The notes: a model not told the origin generated them from the sequence alone. A stretch of 61,743 bases of DNA, filler included, from Nemertoderma westbladi (GCA_032718475.1; 3 parts of 3 records of this genome joined end to end with filler, not necessarily neighbours in it), one strand, 5' to 3'. Positions 26,298-39,339 are shown, counted from the first letter of the whole stretch. A program made the numbers and translations.

Positions 26298-27163
26298 CTA
26301 AGTTACTTCTTCTCGACTGTATTTACTTAGAAATATATTTTTCAAATGTCGTTTAAAAGTTGCAAGGTTTGGTGACTTGATTACATCGATATGGAGCGAA
26401 TTCCATAATTTTACCGATTTCACAATTATACTATCGTGACCAAACCTATTTTTAGATTTTGGAATAACGATATTCCCAGTTCGTGGATTTAACCTAATAT
26501 TGTTTTTTGCTAAAAACGGCAGATCCAAAGTTTTAAAAGCTTCTGTAAGCTTATGCATATATTTGTAAAAGTATATAAGCGCATAATATTCTCGAACTGC
26601 AGAGAGTAACGGAATTTCGCCTTTCTGCCTCAACTCCGTTCCACTGCTGTCGGTAATTTTCTTCCCGAAAATAGTGCGTAATGCGTAATTTTGTACCTTT
26701 TCAAATTTATAAAGCAGTTCCTTTGAACCATGTTTGTCATGGAGAGACACAAGCAGCTGACAACAATAATTATGATAGGGCATAGTAAGCGTTTTATATA
26801 ATTGCAATTTAGTTTTATTGGGCAATTGACCCTTTATTATTCGTAAACAAGAAATGGTAAGAGTCATTTTTTGGATCATTTTCCCTATGTAATCTTTCCA
26901 ATTTAGCTCGTTATCAATGTTCACTCCCAGATATTTTACTGATGGAGATTGTGGAATAGGTTCAGGGCAGCCTACATTTAATTTTATGGATGAGAAGTCA
27001 GCTCTATTTTCTGGGCTGATTTGCTTCGGAGATAAAAGGAGAAATTCCGTTTTGTCTGGGTTCAGTTTCAAATGAGAATCATTAAATATTTTTTGAATTT
27101 TCTGAACATTCGACTCTAACAATTTTGTAGCTTGTTCTGGATCTGAGTCAGCCACATAAATAA
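26298..27163 (-). mobile_element. CR1/L2-like LINE ORF2 3' end, cut by linker
   Basis: LKLNPDKTEF, VKYLGV.ID..LNW, KLWNSL...SPNLATFKRHLK motifs. Confidence 0.85.
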
Positions 27164-27263
27164 NNNNNNNNNNNNNNNNNNNNNNNNNNNNNNNNNNNNN
27201 NNNNNNNTTAATTAATTAANNNNNNNNNNNNNNNNNNNNNNNNNNNNNNNNNNNNNNNNNNNN
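27164..27263. other. Artificial contig linker (44 N + TTAATTAATTAA + 44 N)
   Basis: Six-frame stop linker; identical structure at 55135-55234. Confidence 0.95.
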
Positions 27264-27289
27264 AACCATACCAGGCTTCGCATATTGAT

Positions 27290-27470
27290 TGCATCGATAA
27301 TGATAGTTATAATGATCGCCAGACTGCGTTTAGGAAATATATTTAAATAAAAACAGGACGAGCGCAACGAGGCTTATAATGAAGACGAGTACTGCGTTTG
27401 TTATTCTAAATTTTAATTTGTTTCTCATAACTGAGCCTCGTACTGCGCGTAGTCCCCACGAACGTGTTCA
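27290..27470 (-). repeat. Interspersed repeat (cacgttcgtggggccttcgcgcag family)
   Basis: Reverse complement matches ~57650-57690 and ~57895-57990; partial copies at 4632-4680 and ~43305-43330. Confidence 0.6.
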
Positions 27471-27863
27471 CTATATCTCATTATATTGTGCTCTATATTA
27501 TAATCATTAATGCTGGTAAGGTTCCTTGGTATGTAAAGTAGATCTATTATGAGAGATTTACGAAAAATATCAAATCGTCATGGGGTATTATTTTACCCCA
27601 TGTTACCGGGGCGGGGGAGGGCTAATGTATTCTTTGTATTCAGTTATTCTGTTATTATCAGATTGTAGTTTGTTTAACTTATATAGATAGGCCTATGTCA
27701 GAGTCAGTACCAGTCTGCCAGTATATGTTTAAATCAAGGACTACTATAATAGTAATAAATAAGGTAGTAAATATGTTAACAGGTTTACTGGTTTAATTTT
27801 GCTAAACACTGTCTGACTGTAAGCTAAGATATAAGTCCGTACGGGTATTATTTATATGTAAAT

Positions 27864-28405
27864 ATGACGACTCGACTACATAATATATTATCTGCTTTGT
27901 GTTTATTAATATACGCCATTGTTACCGGTGGGCGATGCCTGTAAATGCGAAGCAACAACCAAAAACTCTTTTACAAACCTAACGAAACCAGAACAGTGCG
28001 AGAATGGGTTGAATTCGACGAAGTTAAACAATAAATACAACTCGAATACGGTTGATATGGTGTGGATTCCTAAGAGTGATGTTATGTTAGGGACTTTAGC
28101 AAGCAGTTTACCGAGGGGAGTTGTAGCTACGTATAGGGGGGACGGAGAACAGCCAGTTCGTAAAGCGACCGTTAGCGGATTCTATCTCGATAAATTCGAA
28201 GTTTCTAATAGGAAATTCCGTGAATTCGTAGACGCCAAAGAGTTCGTTACAGAGGCTGAAAGGTTCGGAGATTCGTTTGTTATGGAGAATTATTTATCTG
28301 ATGAGGTGAAGGCCAGTATTACTGAGGCTGTGGCGGCGGCGCCGTGGTGGCTGCCGGTGGCTGGAGCCACGTGGTTGCACCCTGAAGGCTCGGGCAGTGA
28401 CATCG
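27864..28405 (+). CDS. SUMF1: Formylglycine-generating enzyme exon 1 (apparent 1-nt frameshift at ~27930)
   Basis: ATG 27864 gives signal peptide MTTRLHNILSALCLLIYAIVTG; shifted frame GDACKC..., DGEQPVR, FYLDKFEVSN, VTEAERFGDSFV, AAAPWWLPV..WLHPEG; donor GTTAGT at 28406 (phase 1). Confidence 0.88.
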
Positions 28406-28975
28406 GTTAGTGGGTTTACTAATAGCAGGTCTAAGGGTCGTGGTCGACGTACCGGTAACAATAATAGTTGACCGCCAAGTATATATGAACGTAAAATGAT
28501 TAAATGAGACGGGGGGGGGGGGGGGGGGTGGGTGGGAGGGGCTGACACTGACGTAATTTACGACGGCGAATCGCAATTAAGGGAAAGGAGCAGGTTACAG
28601 TGGCACGTTACTCTAACTCAAACAATAAACAAATGTCATCATAACACTACATGCACTAGCATATCACACGGATTTCATTTTTATGAGTAATCAGTTGTTA
28701 TTTGCGCCGAATATCCCCTGGCTGCCTGGATATTTATAATTTTTTTTTCTGCAATTCTACTGTAGGCCGAAATTGGGACAAATTAAAATGTGTTGTGAAT
28801 TTGGGTTAGGAGTGTGAAAATTTCACGTAATTTTGTGAGAAACCCTTATTACTACTACTAGCTGTAACTGGTGGATAATCCCCTCTCAGCCTTTGTTATA
28901 TAAAACGACGTCTGGAATTAACAAAAGTTCAATTTGTCAAAAGTTTCAATATTATGAGCTAGGGAATTTTTTTTT

Positions 28976-29207
28976 ACTGCACTGCACTACTACTACTAGG
29001 TCGAGCGAACTCGGACAGCACTGCACTGCACTACTACTACTAGGTCGAGCGAACTCGGACAGCACTGCACTGCACTACTACTACTAGGTCGAGCGAACTC
29101 GGACAGCACTGCACTGCACTACTACTACTAGGTCGAGCGAACTCGGACAGCACTGCACTGCACTACTACTACTAGGTCGAGCGAACTCGGACAGCACTGC
29201 ACTGCAC
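28976..29207. repeat. 44-bp tandem repeat (5 copies) of an RTE-like LINE 3' end plus CACTG spacer
   Basis: ctactactactaggtcgagcgaactcggacag is identical to the 3' end/(TAG)n tail of the LINEs at 36958 and 41552/41622. Confidence 0.85.
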
Positions 29208-29386
29208 AAATGTTTTTATATGAAACAAATATTGTGAAATATATCAATAAACATTGAAACTTTCTCTCACTAATATTAATTTTTCTATAGTTGTTGGTAT
29301 CTAAACTAGTAAGAGAAAGTCTTTCCCTCAACTGGTTTTTAGAAATCCTCATCACCCAACACTTCAATACAACCAGCCAGATAATA

Positions 29387-32185
29387 TTACAGAACGATAA
29401 ATTACCTGCATTCGAGTGATCCCGCATCTTAGATTACAGAACTATAAATTACCTGCATTCGAGTGATCCCGCATCTTAGATTACAGAACTATAAATTACC
29501 TGCATTCGAGTGATCCCGCATCTTAGATTACAGAACTATAAATTACCTGCATTCGAGTGATCCCGCATCTTAGATTACAGAACGATAAATTACCTGCATT
29601 CGAGTGATCCCGCATCTTAGATTACAGAACTATAAATTACCTGCATTCGAGTGATCCCGCATCTTAGATTACAGAACTATAAATTACCTGCATTCGAGTG
29701 ATCCCGCATCTTAGATTACAGAACTATAAATTACCTGCATTCGAGTGATCCCGCATCTTAGATTACAGAACGATAAATTACCTGCATTCGAGTGATCCCG
29801 CATCTTAGATTACAGAACTATAAATTACCTGCATTCGAGTGATCCCGCATCTTAGATTACAGAACTATAAATTACCTGCATTCGAGTGATCCCGCATCTT
29901 AGATTACAGAACTATAAATTACCTGCATTCGAGTGATCCCGCATCTTAGATTACAGAACTATAAATTACCTGCATTCGAGTGATCCCGCATCTTAGATTA
30001 CAGAACTATAAATTACCTGCATTCGAGTGATCCCGCATCTTAGATTACAGAACTATAAATTACCTGCATTCGAGTGATCCCGCATCTTAGATTACAGAAC
30101 TATAAATTACCTGCATTCGAGTGATCCCGCATCTTAGATTACAGAACTATAAATTACCTGCATTCGAGTGATCCCGCATCTTAGATTACAGAACTATAAA
30201 TTACCTGCATTCGAGTGATCCCGCATCTTAGATTACAGAACTATAAATTACCTGCATTCGAGTGATCCCGCATCTTAGATTACAGAACGATAAATTACCT
30301 GCATTCGAGTGATCCCGCATCTTAGATTACAGAACGATAAATTACCTGCATTCGAGTGATCCCGCATCTTAGATTACAGAACGATAAATTACCTGCATTC
30401 GAGTGATCCCGCATCTTAGATTACAGAACTATAAATTACCTGCATTCGAGTGATCCCGCATCTTAGATTACAGAACTATAAATTACCTGCATTCGAGTGA
30501 TCCCGCATCTTAGATTACAGAACGATAAATTACCTGCATTCGAGTGATCCCGCATCTTAGATTACAGAACGATAAATTACCTGCATTCGAGTGATCCCGC
30601 ATCTTAGATTACAGAACGATAAATTACCTGCATTCGAGTGATCCCGCATCTTAGATTACAGAACGATAAATTACCTGCATTCGAGTGATCCCGCATCTTA
30701 GATTACAGAACGATAAATTACCTGCATTCGAGTGATCCCGCATCTTAGATTACAGAACGATAAATTACCTGCATTCGAGTGATCCCGCATCTTAGATTAC
30801 AGAACGATAAATTACCTGCATTCGAGTGATCCCGCATCTTAGATTACAGAACTATAAATTACCTGCATTCGAGTGATCCCGCATCTTAGATTACAGAACT
30901 ATAAATTACCTGCATTCGAGTGATCCCGCATCTTAGATTACAGAACTATAAATTACCTGCATTCGAGTGATCCCGCATCTTAGATTACAGAACGATAAAT
31001 TACCTGCATTCGAGTGATCCCGCATCTTAGATTACAGAACTATAAATTACCTGCATTCGAGTGATCCCGCATCTTAGATTACAGAACTATAAATTACCTG
31101 CATTCGAGTGATCCCGCATCTTAGATTACAGAACTATAAATTACCTGCATTCGAGTGATCCCGCATCTTAGATTACAGAACTATAAATTACCTGCATTCG
31201 AGTGATCCCGCATCTTAGATTACAGAACTATAAATTACCTGCATTCGAGTGATCCCGCATCTTAGATTACAGAACTATAAATTACCTGCATTCGAGTGAT
31301 CCCGCATCTTAGATTACAGAACGATAAATTACCTGCATTCGAGTGATCCCGCATCTTAGATTACAGAACGATAAATTACCTGCATTCGAGTGATCCCGCA
31401 TCTTAGATTACAGAACGATAAATTACCTGCATTCGAGTGATCCCGCATCTTAGATTACAGAACTATAAATTACCTGCATTCGAGTGATCCCGCATCTTAG
31501 ATTACAGAACTATAAATTACCTGCATTCGAGTGATCCCGCATCTTAGATTACAGAACTATAAATTACCTGCATTCGAGTGATCCCGCATCTTAGATTACA
31601 GAACTATAAATTACCTGCATTCGAGTGATCCCGCATCTTAGATTACAGAACTATAAATTACCTGCATTCGAGTGATCCCGCATCTTAGATTACAGAACTA
31701 TAAATTACCTGCATTCGAGTGATCCCGCATCTTAGATTACAGAACTATAAATTACCTGCATTCGAGTGATCCCGCATCTTAGATTACAGAACATAAATTA
31801 CCTGCATTCGAGTGATCCCGCATCTTAGATTACAGAACGATAAATTACCTGCATTCGAGTGATCCCGCATCTTAGATTACAGAACGATAAATTACCTGCA
31901 TTCGAGTGATCCCGCATCTTAGATTACAGAACTATAAATTACCTGCATTCGAGTGATCCCGCATCTTAGATTACAATTACCTGCATTCGAGTGATCCCGC
32001 ATCTTAGATTACAATTACCTGCATTCGAGTGATCCCGCATCTTAGATTACAGAACGATAAATTACCTGCATTCGAGTGATCCCGCATCTTAGATTACAAT
32101 TACCTGCATTCGAGTGATCCCGCATCTTAGATTACAGAACGATAAATTACCTGCATTCGAGTGATCCCGCATCTTAGATTACAAT
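29387..32185. repeat. 47-bp minisatellite (~60 copies) in SUMF1 intron 1
   Basis: Unit attacagaac(t/g)ataaattacctgcattcgagtgatcccgcatcttag. Confidence 0.95.
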
Positions 32186-33074
32186 TATCCCAAATCATTT
32201 CCTATTTATTCAATATAATTTCGTATTTATTTGCTGTTAATATTCCGATTGCGACACATCCATCTTTATATTACAGTATTAATAGTAAAATAAATTTGAC
32301 ATTAATAGCAGATTGACCTTGGGAAGTCTGTCCAATACCCGATGCAATTATTCAACAATAATGCGGTTTAGTTTCCCATTATCCTTTCCAACTCGCCTAC
32401 AAGCTGTTGTGTCTGTGTGAATACCCCCCCCCCCCCCCCCCCCCGTTTCACGTCCCTAAATCTCTTGAATTAATGCAAACAGCTCCAATGAAACGTTTTT
32501 ATTGAATTGCTATTCATATAAATATTTAATAACGTTCAAGTGGTTGTGTCCCAAGGCGAATACAATAGCCACGGTTATGAGATTCTGAGTTATTTAATTT
32601 GCGTGTTAGTTGTGTTTCCGAGGTGGCGGGAATGTTTCTTGTATTCCGGTGTCGTTCTGGGTTGACAGTTCGGGGTGGGGGGGGGGGGGGGGGGGGGGAT
32701 TGTTGGGTGTCTTTCGTAAGTAAAAAATATATATCTCTCTAATAATATATTTACTGTATGTTTGAGGATTTTCTTTCCAGGTGAACTTTATCTCAAAATT
32801 GCATTCCCCTGTTACCACTTATTATCACATAATCTTCATGTTTTCAGTTTCAGATTTCTTTTCTACGTAAACTGTTTTTAAGGGCCCTGAAAGTTTTTTA
32901 TTTTTATGGGGGAGTTTGTAAAATTGTGGCTTTTAACTCTTATATAACTCACTATGTCCCCTAATGAACCATGTCCAATGAACCTAATGCACCATGTCCT
33001 CAATGTAATTAATGAATTATATACATTATTTCCCGTATAGCACACATACTTCAGATTAATTACAACATTATTTA

Positions 33075-35834
33075 CCCGCTAATATTTCCCCCTTACACAG
33101 ATTCCCGATTAATTCCACCATTTTCCCGTTAATATCTCCCCCTTTCACAGATTCCCAAATAATTCCACCATTTTCCCGTTAATATTTCCCCCTTACACAG
33201 ATTCCCAAATAATTCCACCATTTTCCCGTTAATATTTCCCCCCTTTCACAGATTCCCAAATAATTCCACCATTTTCCCGTTAATATTTCCTCCTTACACA
33301 GATTCCCAAATAATTCCACCATTTTCCCGTTAATATTTCCCCCTTACACAGATTCCCAAATAATTCCACCATTTTCCCGTTAATATTTCCCCCCTTTCAC
33401 AGATTCCCAAATAATTCCACCATTTTCCCGTTAATATTTCCCCCTTGCACAGATTCCCAAATAATTCCACCATTTTCCCGTTAATATTTCCCCCCTTTCA
33501 CAGATTCCCAAATAATTCCACCATTTTCCCGTTAATATTTCCTCCTTACACAGATTCCCAAATAATTCCACCATTTTCCCGTTAATATTTCCCCCTTTCA
33601 CAGATTCCCAAATAATTCCACCATTTTCCCGTTAATATCTCCCCCTTACACAGATTCCCAAATAATCCCACCATTTTCCCGCTAATATTTCCCCCCTTAC
33701 ACAGATTCCCGATTAATTCCACCATTTTCCCGTTAACATCTCCCCCTTTCACAGATTCCCAAATAATTCCACCATTCTCCCGTTAATATTTCCCCCCTTA
33801 CACAGATTCCCAAATAATTCCACCATTTTCCCGTTAATATTTCCCCCCTTTCACAGATTCCCAAATAATTCCACCATTTTCCCGTTAATATTTCCCCCTT
33901 ACACAGATTCCCAAATAATTCCACCATTTTCCCGTTAATATTTCCCCCCCTTTCACAGATTCCCAAATAATTCCACCATTTTCCCGTTAATATTTCCCCC
34001 CTTTCACAGATTCCCAAATAATTCCACCATTTTCCCGTTAATATTTCCCCCTTACACAGATTCCCAAATAATTCCACCATTTTCCCGTTAATATTTCCCC
34101 CCCTTTCACAGATTCCCAAATAATTCCACCATTTTCCCGTTAATATTTCCCCCTTACACAGATTCCCAAATAATTCCACCATTTTCCCGTTAATATTTCC
34201 CCCCTTTCACAGATTCCCAAATAATTCCACCATTTTCCCGTTAATATTTCCCCCCCTTTCACAGATTCCCAAATAATTCCACCATTTTCCCGTTAATATT
34301 TCCCCCTTACACAGATTCCCAAATAATTCCACCATTTTCCCGTTAATATTTCCCCCCCTTTCACAGATTCCCAAATAATTCCACCATTTTCCCGTTAATA
34401 TTTCCCCCTTACACAGATTCCCAAATAATTCCACCATTTTCCCGTTAATATTTCCCCCCTTTCACAGATTCCCAAATAATTCCACCATTTTCCCGTTAAT
34501 ATTTCCCCCCCTTTCACAGATTCCCAAATAATTCCACCATTTTCCCGTTAATATTTCCCCCCTTACACAGATTCCCAAATAATTCCATCATTTTCCCGTT
34601 AATATTTCCCCCCTTACACAGATTCCCAAATAATTCCACCATTTTCCCGTTAATATTTCCCCCCTTACACAGATTCCCAAATAATTCCACCATTTTCCCG
34701 TTAATATTTCCCCCTTACACAGATTCCCAAATAATTCCACCATTTTCCCGTTAATATTTCCCCCCTTACACAGATTCCCAAATAATTCCACCATTTTCCC
34801 GTTAATATTTCCCCCCTTACACAGATTCCCAAATAATTCCACCATTTTCCCGTTAATATTTCCCCCCTTACACAGATTCCCAAATAATTCCACCATTTTC
34901 CCGTTAATATTTCCCCCCTTACACAGATTCCCAAATAATTCCACCATTTTCCCGTTAATATTTCCCCCTTACACAGATTCCCAAATATTTCCACCATTTT
35001 CCCGTTAATATTTCCCCTCTTACACAGATTCCCAAATAATTCCACCATTTTCCCGTTAATATTTCCTCCCTTACACAGATTCCCGATTAATTCCACCATT
35101 TTCCCGTTAATATCTCCCCCTTTAACAGATTCCCGATTAATTCCACCATTTCCCCGTTAATATCTCCCCCTTTCACAGATTTCCAAATAATTCCACCATT
35201 TTCCCGTTAATATTTCCCCCCTTACACAGATTCCCAAATAATTCCACCATATTCCCGTTAATATTTCCCCCCTTACACAGATTCCCGATTAATTCCACCA
35301 TTTTCCCGTTAATATTTCCCCCCTTACACAGATTCCCAAATAATTCCACCAATTTCCCCCCTTACACAGATTCCCAAATAATTCCACCATTTTCCCGTTA
35401 ATATTTCCCCCCTTACACAGATTCCCAAATAATTCCACCATTGTCCCGTTAATATTTCCCCCCTTACACAGATTCCCAAATAATCCCACCATTTTCCCGC
35501 TAATATTTCCCCCCTTTCACAGATTCCCAAATAATCCCACCATTTTCCCGCTAATATTTCCCCCTTACACAGATTCCCAAATAATTCCACCATTTTCCCG
35601 TTAATATTTCCCCCTTACACAGATTCCCGATTAATTCCACCATTTTCCCGTTAATATCTCCCCCCTTACACAGATTCCCGATTAATTCCACCATTTTCCC
35701 GTTAATATCTCCCCCCTTTCACAGATTTCCAAATAATTCCACCATTTTCCCGTTAATATTTCCCCCCTTACACAGATTCCCAAATAATTCCACCATTTTC
35801 CCGTTAATATTTCCCCCCTTACACACAGATTCCC
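33075..35834. repeat. ~50-52-bp minisatellite (~54 copies) containing the SUMF1 exon 2 splice acceptor
   Basis: Unit cacagattcccaaataattccaccattttcccgttaatattt(c)n tt(a/t); the last unit runs straight into exon 2. Confidence 0.95.
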
Positions 35835-36009
35835 GTTCCGACCATCCCGTTCTCCACGTCAGCTGGAACGACGCCACTAGTTACTGTAAATGGAAGGGTA
35901 AACGCCTACCAACGGAGGCCGAGTGGGAGACCGGCTGTCGGGGTGGGTTGGAGGGGCGACTGTACCCCTGGGGTAACACAGACACTCCTAGAGGCAACCA
36001 CTACATGAA
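35829..36009 (+). CDS. SUMF1: Formylglycine-generating enzyme exon 2
   Basis: (D)[49 protein letters not shown]...HYM; acceptor CAG 35826-35828, donor GTGAGT 36010; phases match exons 1 and 3. Absent from the ORF track. Confidence 0.92.
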
Positions 36010-36030
36010 GTGAGTTTGGGTGGCTGCTAT

Positions 36031-36577
36031 CTTCGCTCGCGGGAAATCTTCGCCCAATAAACCGAAAGTGATTCCTGTTAGTTACCAATTGAGGGAAAGG
36101 AGCAGGTTACAGAGGCGGCTTTTTCTAACCAAAACAATAAACGATGTTGTTCTTAATTGAAGGAAAGGAGCAGGTTACAGAGACGGCTTTTTCTAACCAA
36201 AACAATAAACAATGTTACCAATTGAAGGAAAGGAGCAGGTTACAGAGACAGATTTTTTGAACCAAAATAATAAACGATATTGTTACCAATTGAGGGAAAG
36301 GAGCAGGTTACAGAGACGGCTTTTATAACCAAACCAATAAACGATCACTTTACTAATTGAGGGAAAGGCGCAGCTTACAGAGACGGCTTTTCTAACCAAA
36401 ACAATAAATGATGTTGTTACTAATTCAAAGAAAGGAGCAGGTTACAGAGACGGCTTTTTCTAACCAAAACAATAAACAATGTTGTTACCAATTGAAGGAA
36501 AGGCGCAGGTTACAGAGACGGCTTTTTCTAAGCAAAACAATAATTGTTTATTGGGTGAAGTTTTCTCGCGGGCGAAG
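36031..36577. mobile_element. MITE with ~32-bp TIR enclosing ~8 tandem copies of the shared core (~60 bp)
   Basis: cttcgctcgcgggaaatcttcgcccaataaac / gtttattgggtgaagttttctcgcgggcgaag; internal aattgagggaaaggagcaggttacagagacggc...aaccaaaacaataaac units. Confidence 0.7.
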
Positions 36578-36957
36578 TACCATCACTGAAGGAAGGTAAC
36601 TGTACCGCTTTATATTGTTTGATTGATTACCTCCTGTAGGGATTATAGGTATTCATAAGAAACAATCGATAAGTTTCTATTGTTAGTTGGGGCTGATTGA
36701 ATCGGGAAATATTAATGGACAGACGTGGTTGTTGTGTATCGCATAACTATTCGTGAGTTATTGGCAGGAGATTGTTTAGTTAATATTTCTAAATCTCATT
36801 CTTTATACAATATTGGAAGTCCCATACAGTTAATTTATTAAAACTCAGTTTCAAACAATGAAATCGTCCAGTATAATTAGAAGAGCAGCGAATTCTTACT
36901 GTAGAAAATATTGGTGTGTTTCTTTGTAGATCTGTAACTGTGTATCCAACATCTCTG

Positions 36958-37838
36958 TACTACTACTACTAGGTCGAGCGAACTCGGACAGTGGAAATGA
37001 GATCCTTCCAGGCTTCCCGATTCTCCATAGTTGTCGCAATCTCGTTTCTCCCAAGTTCAGTATCCCTTTCAAGTTGATCTATATATGTTATGGCCGGTCG
37101 TCCACGACTACGCTTTCCATGAGTTGGTTGCCAGAGAAGTAGATCTGGTATGACCTCGTCTTTACTTCGCCAGCAGTGCCCACTGAATCTTAATCTGCGT
37201 TCACGGAGGGTGGTTGATACAGGTGGTATTGTACCATAAAGCTCGGCGTTTGTCATGTGTTGTCTCCAGCTGATGTTTAGGGCTGCCCTTAGTAGTCTTG
37301 TGTAGCAACCATCAATTCGTTGTTCAAGTCATTTAGTCAGTGTCCAGGTCTCACTCCCATATAAAAATACACTTTCCACTGTGGCTCGAAAGAACTTAGT
37401 CTTCAGGTGCCTGGAGAGATCTGATTTCCAGATGGTATCCATTTTTGATAGAGCTACCCAAGCCTTTGCTTTCCTAACTTCTATGTCCTTTTTGCTACTC
37501 TCTATCCATGATCCAAGGTACTGGAAGTCATCGACCTTCCTTAGTTGATTATTATCAATGGTTGTCAAGTTCCCATCAACATTAAAGGTCATGAATTCGG
37601 TCTTTGTAGCATTTATATGCAATCCAACCTCCTTAGCAGCCCTCTCCACTTTATTTAGTAGAAACTGTGCATCTGCTAGCGTATTAGAGAGCAGGGCGAT
37701 GTCATCCGCAAAGTCGGTGTCTGTGACTGTAGTTGCCGGATATCTACTACTTCTGCGTTCTTGAAGTGTGAATCCCAGGTCTTCACCCTTTGTGGCCGTC
37801 CTCATTGCGTAATCCAGCACAATTACAAATAGATCACA
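36958..37838 (-). mobile_element. 5'-truncated RTE-like LINE with (TAG)n tail
   Basis: DTDFADDIALL, FQYLGSWI, FLYGSETW, RRLRFSGHCWR, GRP motifs; lies within a ~41-bp tandem repeat (36925-36958, 37839-37980). Confidence 0.9.
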
Positions 37839-38019
37839 ACATATCTGTATGTTGGTTTGTATATCTGTAACTGTGTATCCAACATATCTGTATGTTGGTT
37901 TGTATATCTGTAACTGTGTATCCAACATATCTGTATGTTGGTTTGTAGATCTGTAACTGTGTATCCAACATATCTGTATGTTTGTTTGTTTGTTCTTTTC
38001 CATGTTTTTTGCATGTTTA

Positions 38020-38895
38020 ATGCCCCGGAATATAGTGTCGTAATTCAGTGACACGCTAATTTGTCTTCAAATCATAATGAGATTGTATGAAATTTGAACA
38101 GAGATAGTTTCAACTCCCTCCTCCTTAGTTGGTGAACCAGAATTTTTATTTGTGCTTTCAATCTTTAGCTACAAGCGTTTGAAAAAGTGTCTCCGCCGAT
38201 ATTTCACCAGGTACACCGCAGTTATTATTCAACGTTTTATAGTGATTTGTAGATACTATTGGAAAGCTGACCGTAAGTTCCAAATATGTAAAAATATATA
38301 TCTTTGAATTTTGTTGGGAAATAGCTGTGATATGGGCATTCGAATGTTGCATATATTTGCTTCCGCTGCGGGACATTTATTATATTTAATAAAAACACCG
38401 TGTTCTAGAATATTTTGTTTATGTATGAATTTCCACGTACTAGTATTATTATTTTAATATTATAGCATTGTTGCCCAGCTACTTATGGAATATACAAACT
38501 GTTCTAGAACATTTGTGTATTTATAATATAAAATGGCCTGAATGCGAAGCAAATATGCCGACATGCAATACAACATTCGAATCATCGGCTATATATCTTG
38601 TCCATAACTCAACAATTTCCCAACCAAATTCAAATATTTTTACATATTTGGAATCCTTGCATGACCAGCTTTCCATTGGTACCAACGAACAGCTATGATG
38701 TATAAGAATAACTGCAGTACGACTGGTGCAATATCGGCGGAGACACTTGTTTTAAACGCTTCTAGCTAAAGAATGAAAACAAAATAAAAATTCTGGCTCA
38801 CCCAGTCAGTGGTCGGGAGATGAAACTCTCTATTTCAAATTTCATGCAATACCTGAATTTTGTACCTGAATTACGACACTGTCTGTATTCCAGGA
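38020..38895. repeat. Long degenerate inverted repeat (foldback/MITE) in SUMF1 intron 2
   Basis: Arms of ~350-400 bp, e.g. aagtgtctccgccgatatt / aatatcggcggagacactt and agtgtcgtaattcag / ctgaattacgacact. Confidence 0.75.
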
Positions 38896-39010
38896 TATTA
38901 CTGTATGTTTGTTTGTATTTCTGTATGTTTGTTTCTGTATATTCTTCCATACACGATGACCCTGTTATAATATTTTCCCAGTTAAACATAATATTATTTC
39001 TTATTTACAG

Positions 39011-39338
39011 TATTTGGCAGGGCGTTTTCCCCACCACCAACACGGGTGAGGACGGTTACCTAGCGACAGCTCCGGTTTCTAGTTTTCCCGCCAACGCTCT
39101 CGGCCTCCACCACATGGTAGGCAACGTGTGGGAGTGGACCGCAGACTGGTGGACCGCCTCGCACACCGCTGAGCCCGCGGTAGACCCAAAGGGACCTCGA
39201 GCCGGCACCGATAGGGTCAAGAAAGGAGGTAGTTTTATGTGCCATAAGGATTATTGTTACCGGTACCGTTGCGGTGCGAGGAGTCACGCGACTGCAGACA
39301 GCTCCAGCCACAATCTGGGTTTCCGTTGTGCTTTATAG
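39011..39338 (+). CDS. SUMF1: Formylglycine-generating enzyme exon 3 (catalytic C-terminus)
   Basis: Acceptor ttatttacAG; (N)[55 protein letters not shown]; stop at 39336-39338. Confidence 0.93.
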
Positions 39339-39339
39339 C

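Noticed and set aside
27208-27219. TTAATTAATTAA between N runs as a biological motif
   Set aside because: Identical artificial six-frame-stop linker at both gaps.
28295-28320. CTGATGA here and at ~14169, ~45843, ~51254 as hammerheads
   Set aside because: No stem II/GAAA/stem I architecture; most lie in coding or RT sequence.
33733-35593. Repetitive ORFs ([11 protein letters not shown].../GKWWNYLG...)
   Set aside because: Translations of the minisatellite with frames broken by variable C-runs.
8187-35834. CRISPR interpretation of the long regular arrays
   Set aside because: Units are contiguous with no unique spacers, there are no cas genes, and the context is eukaryotic.
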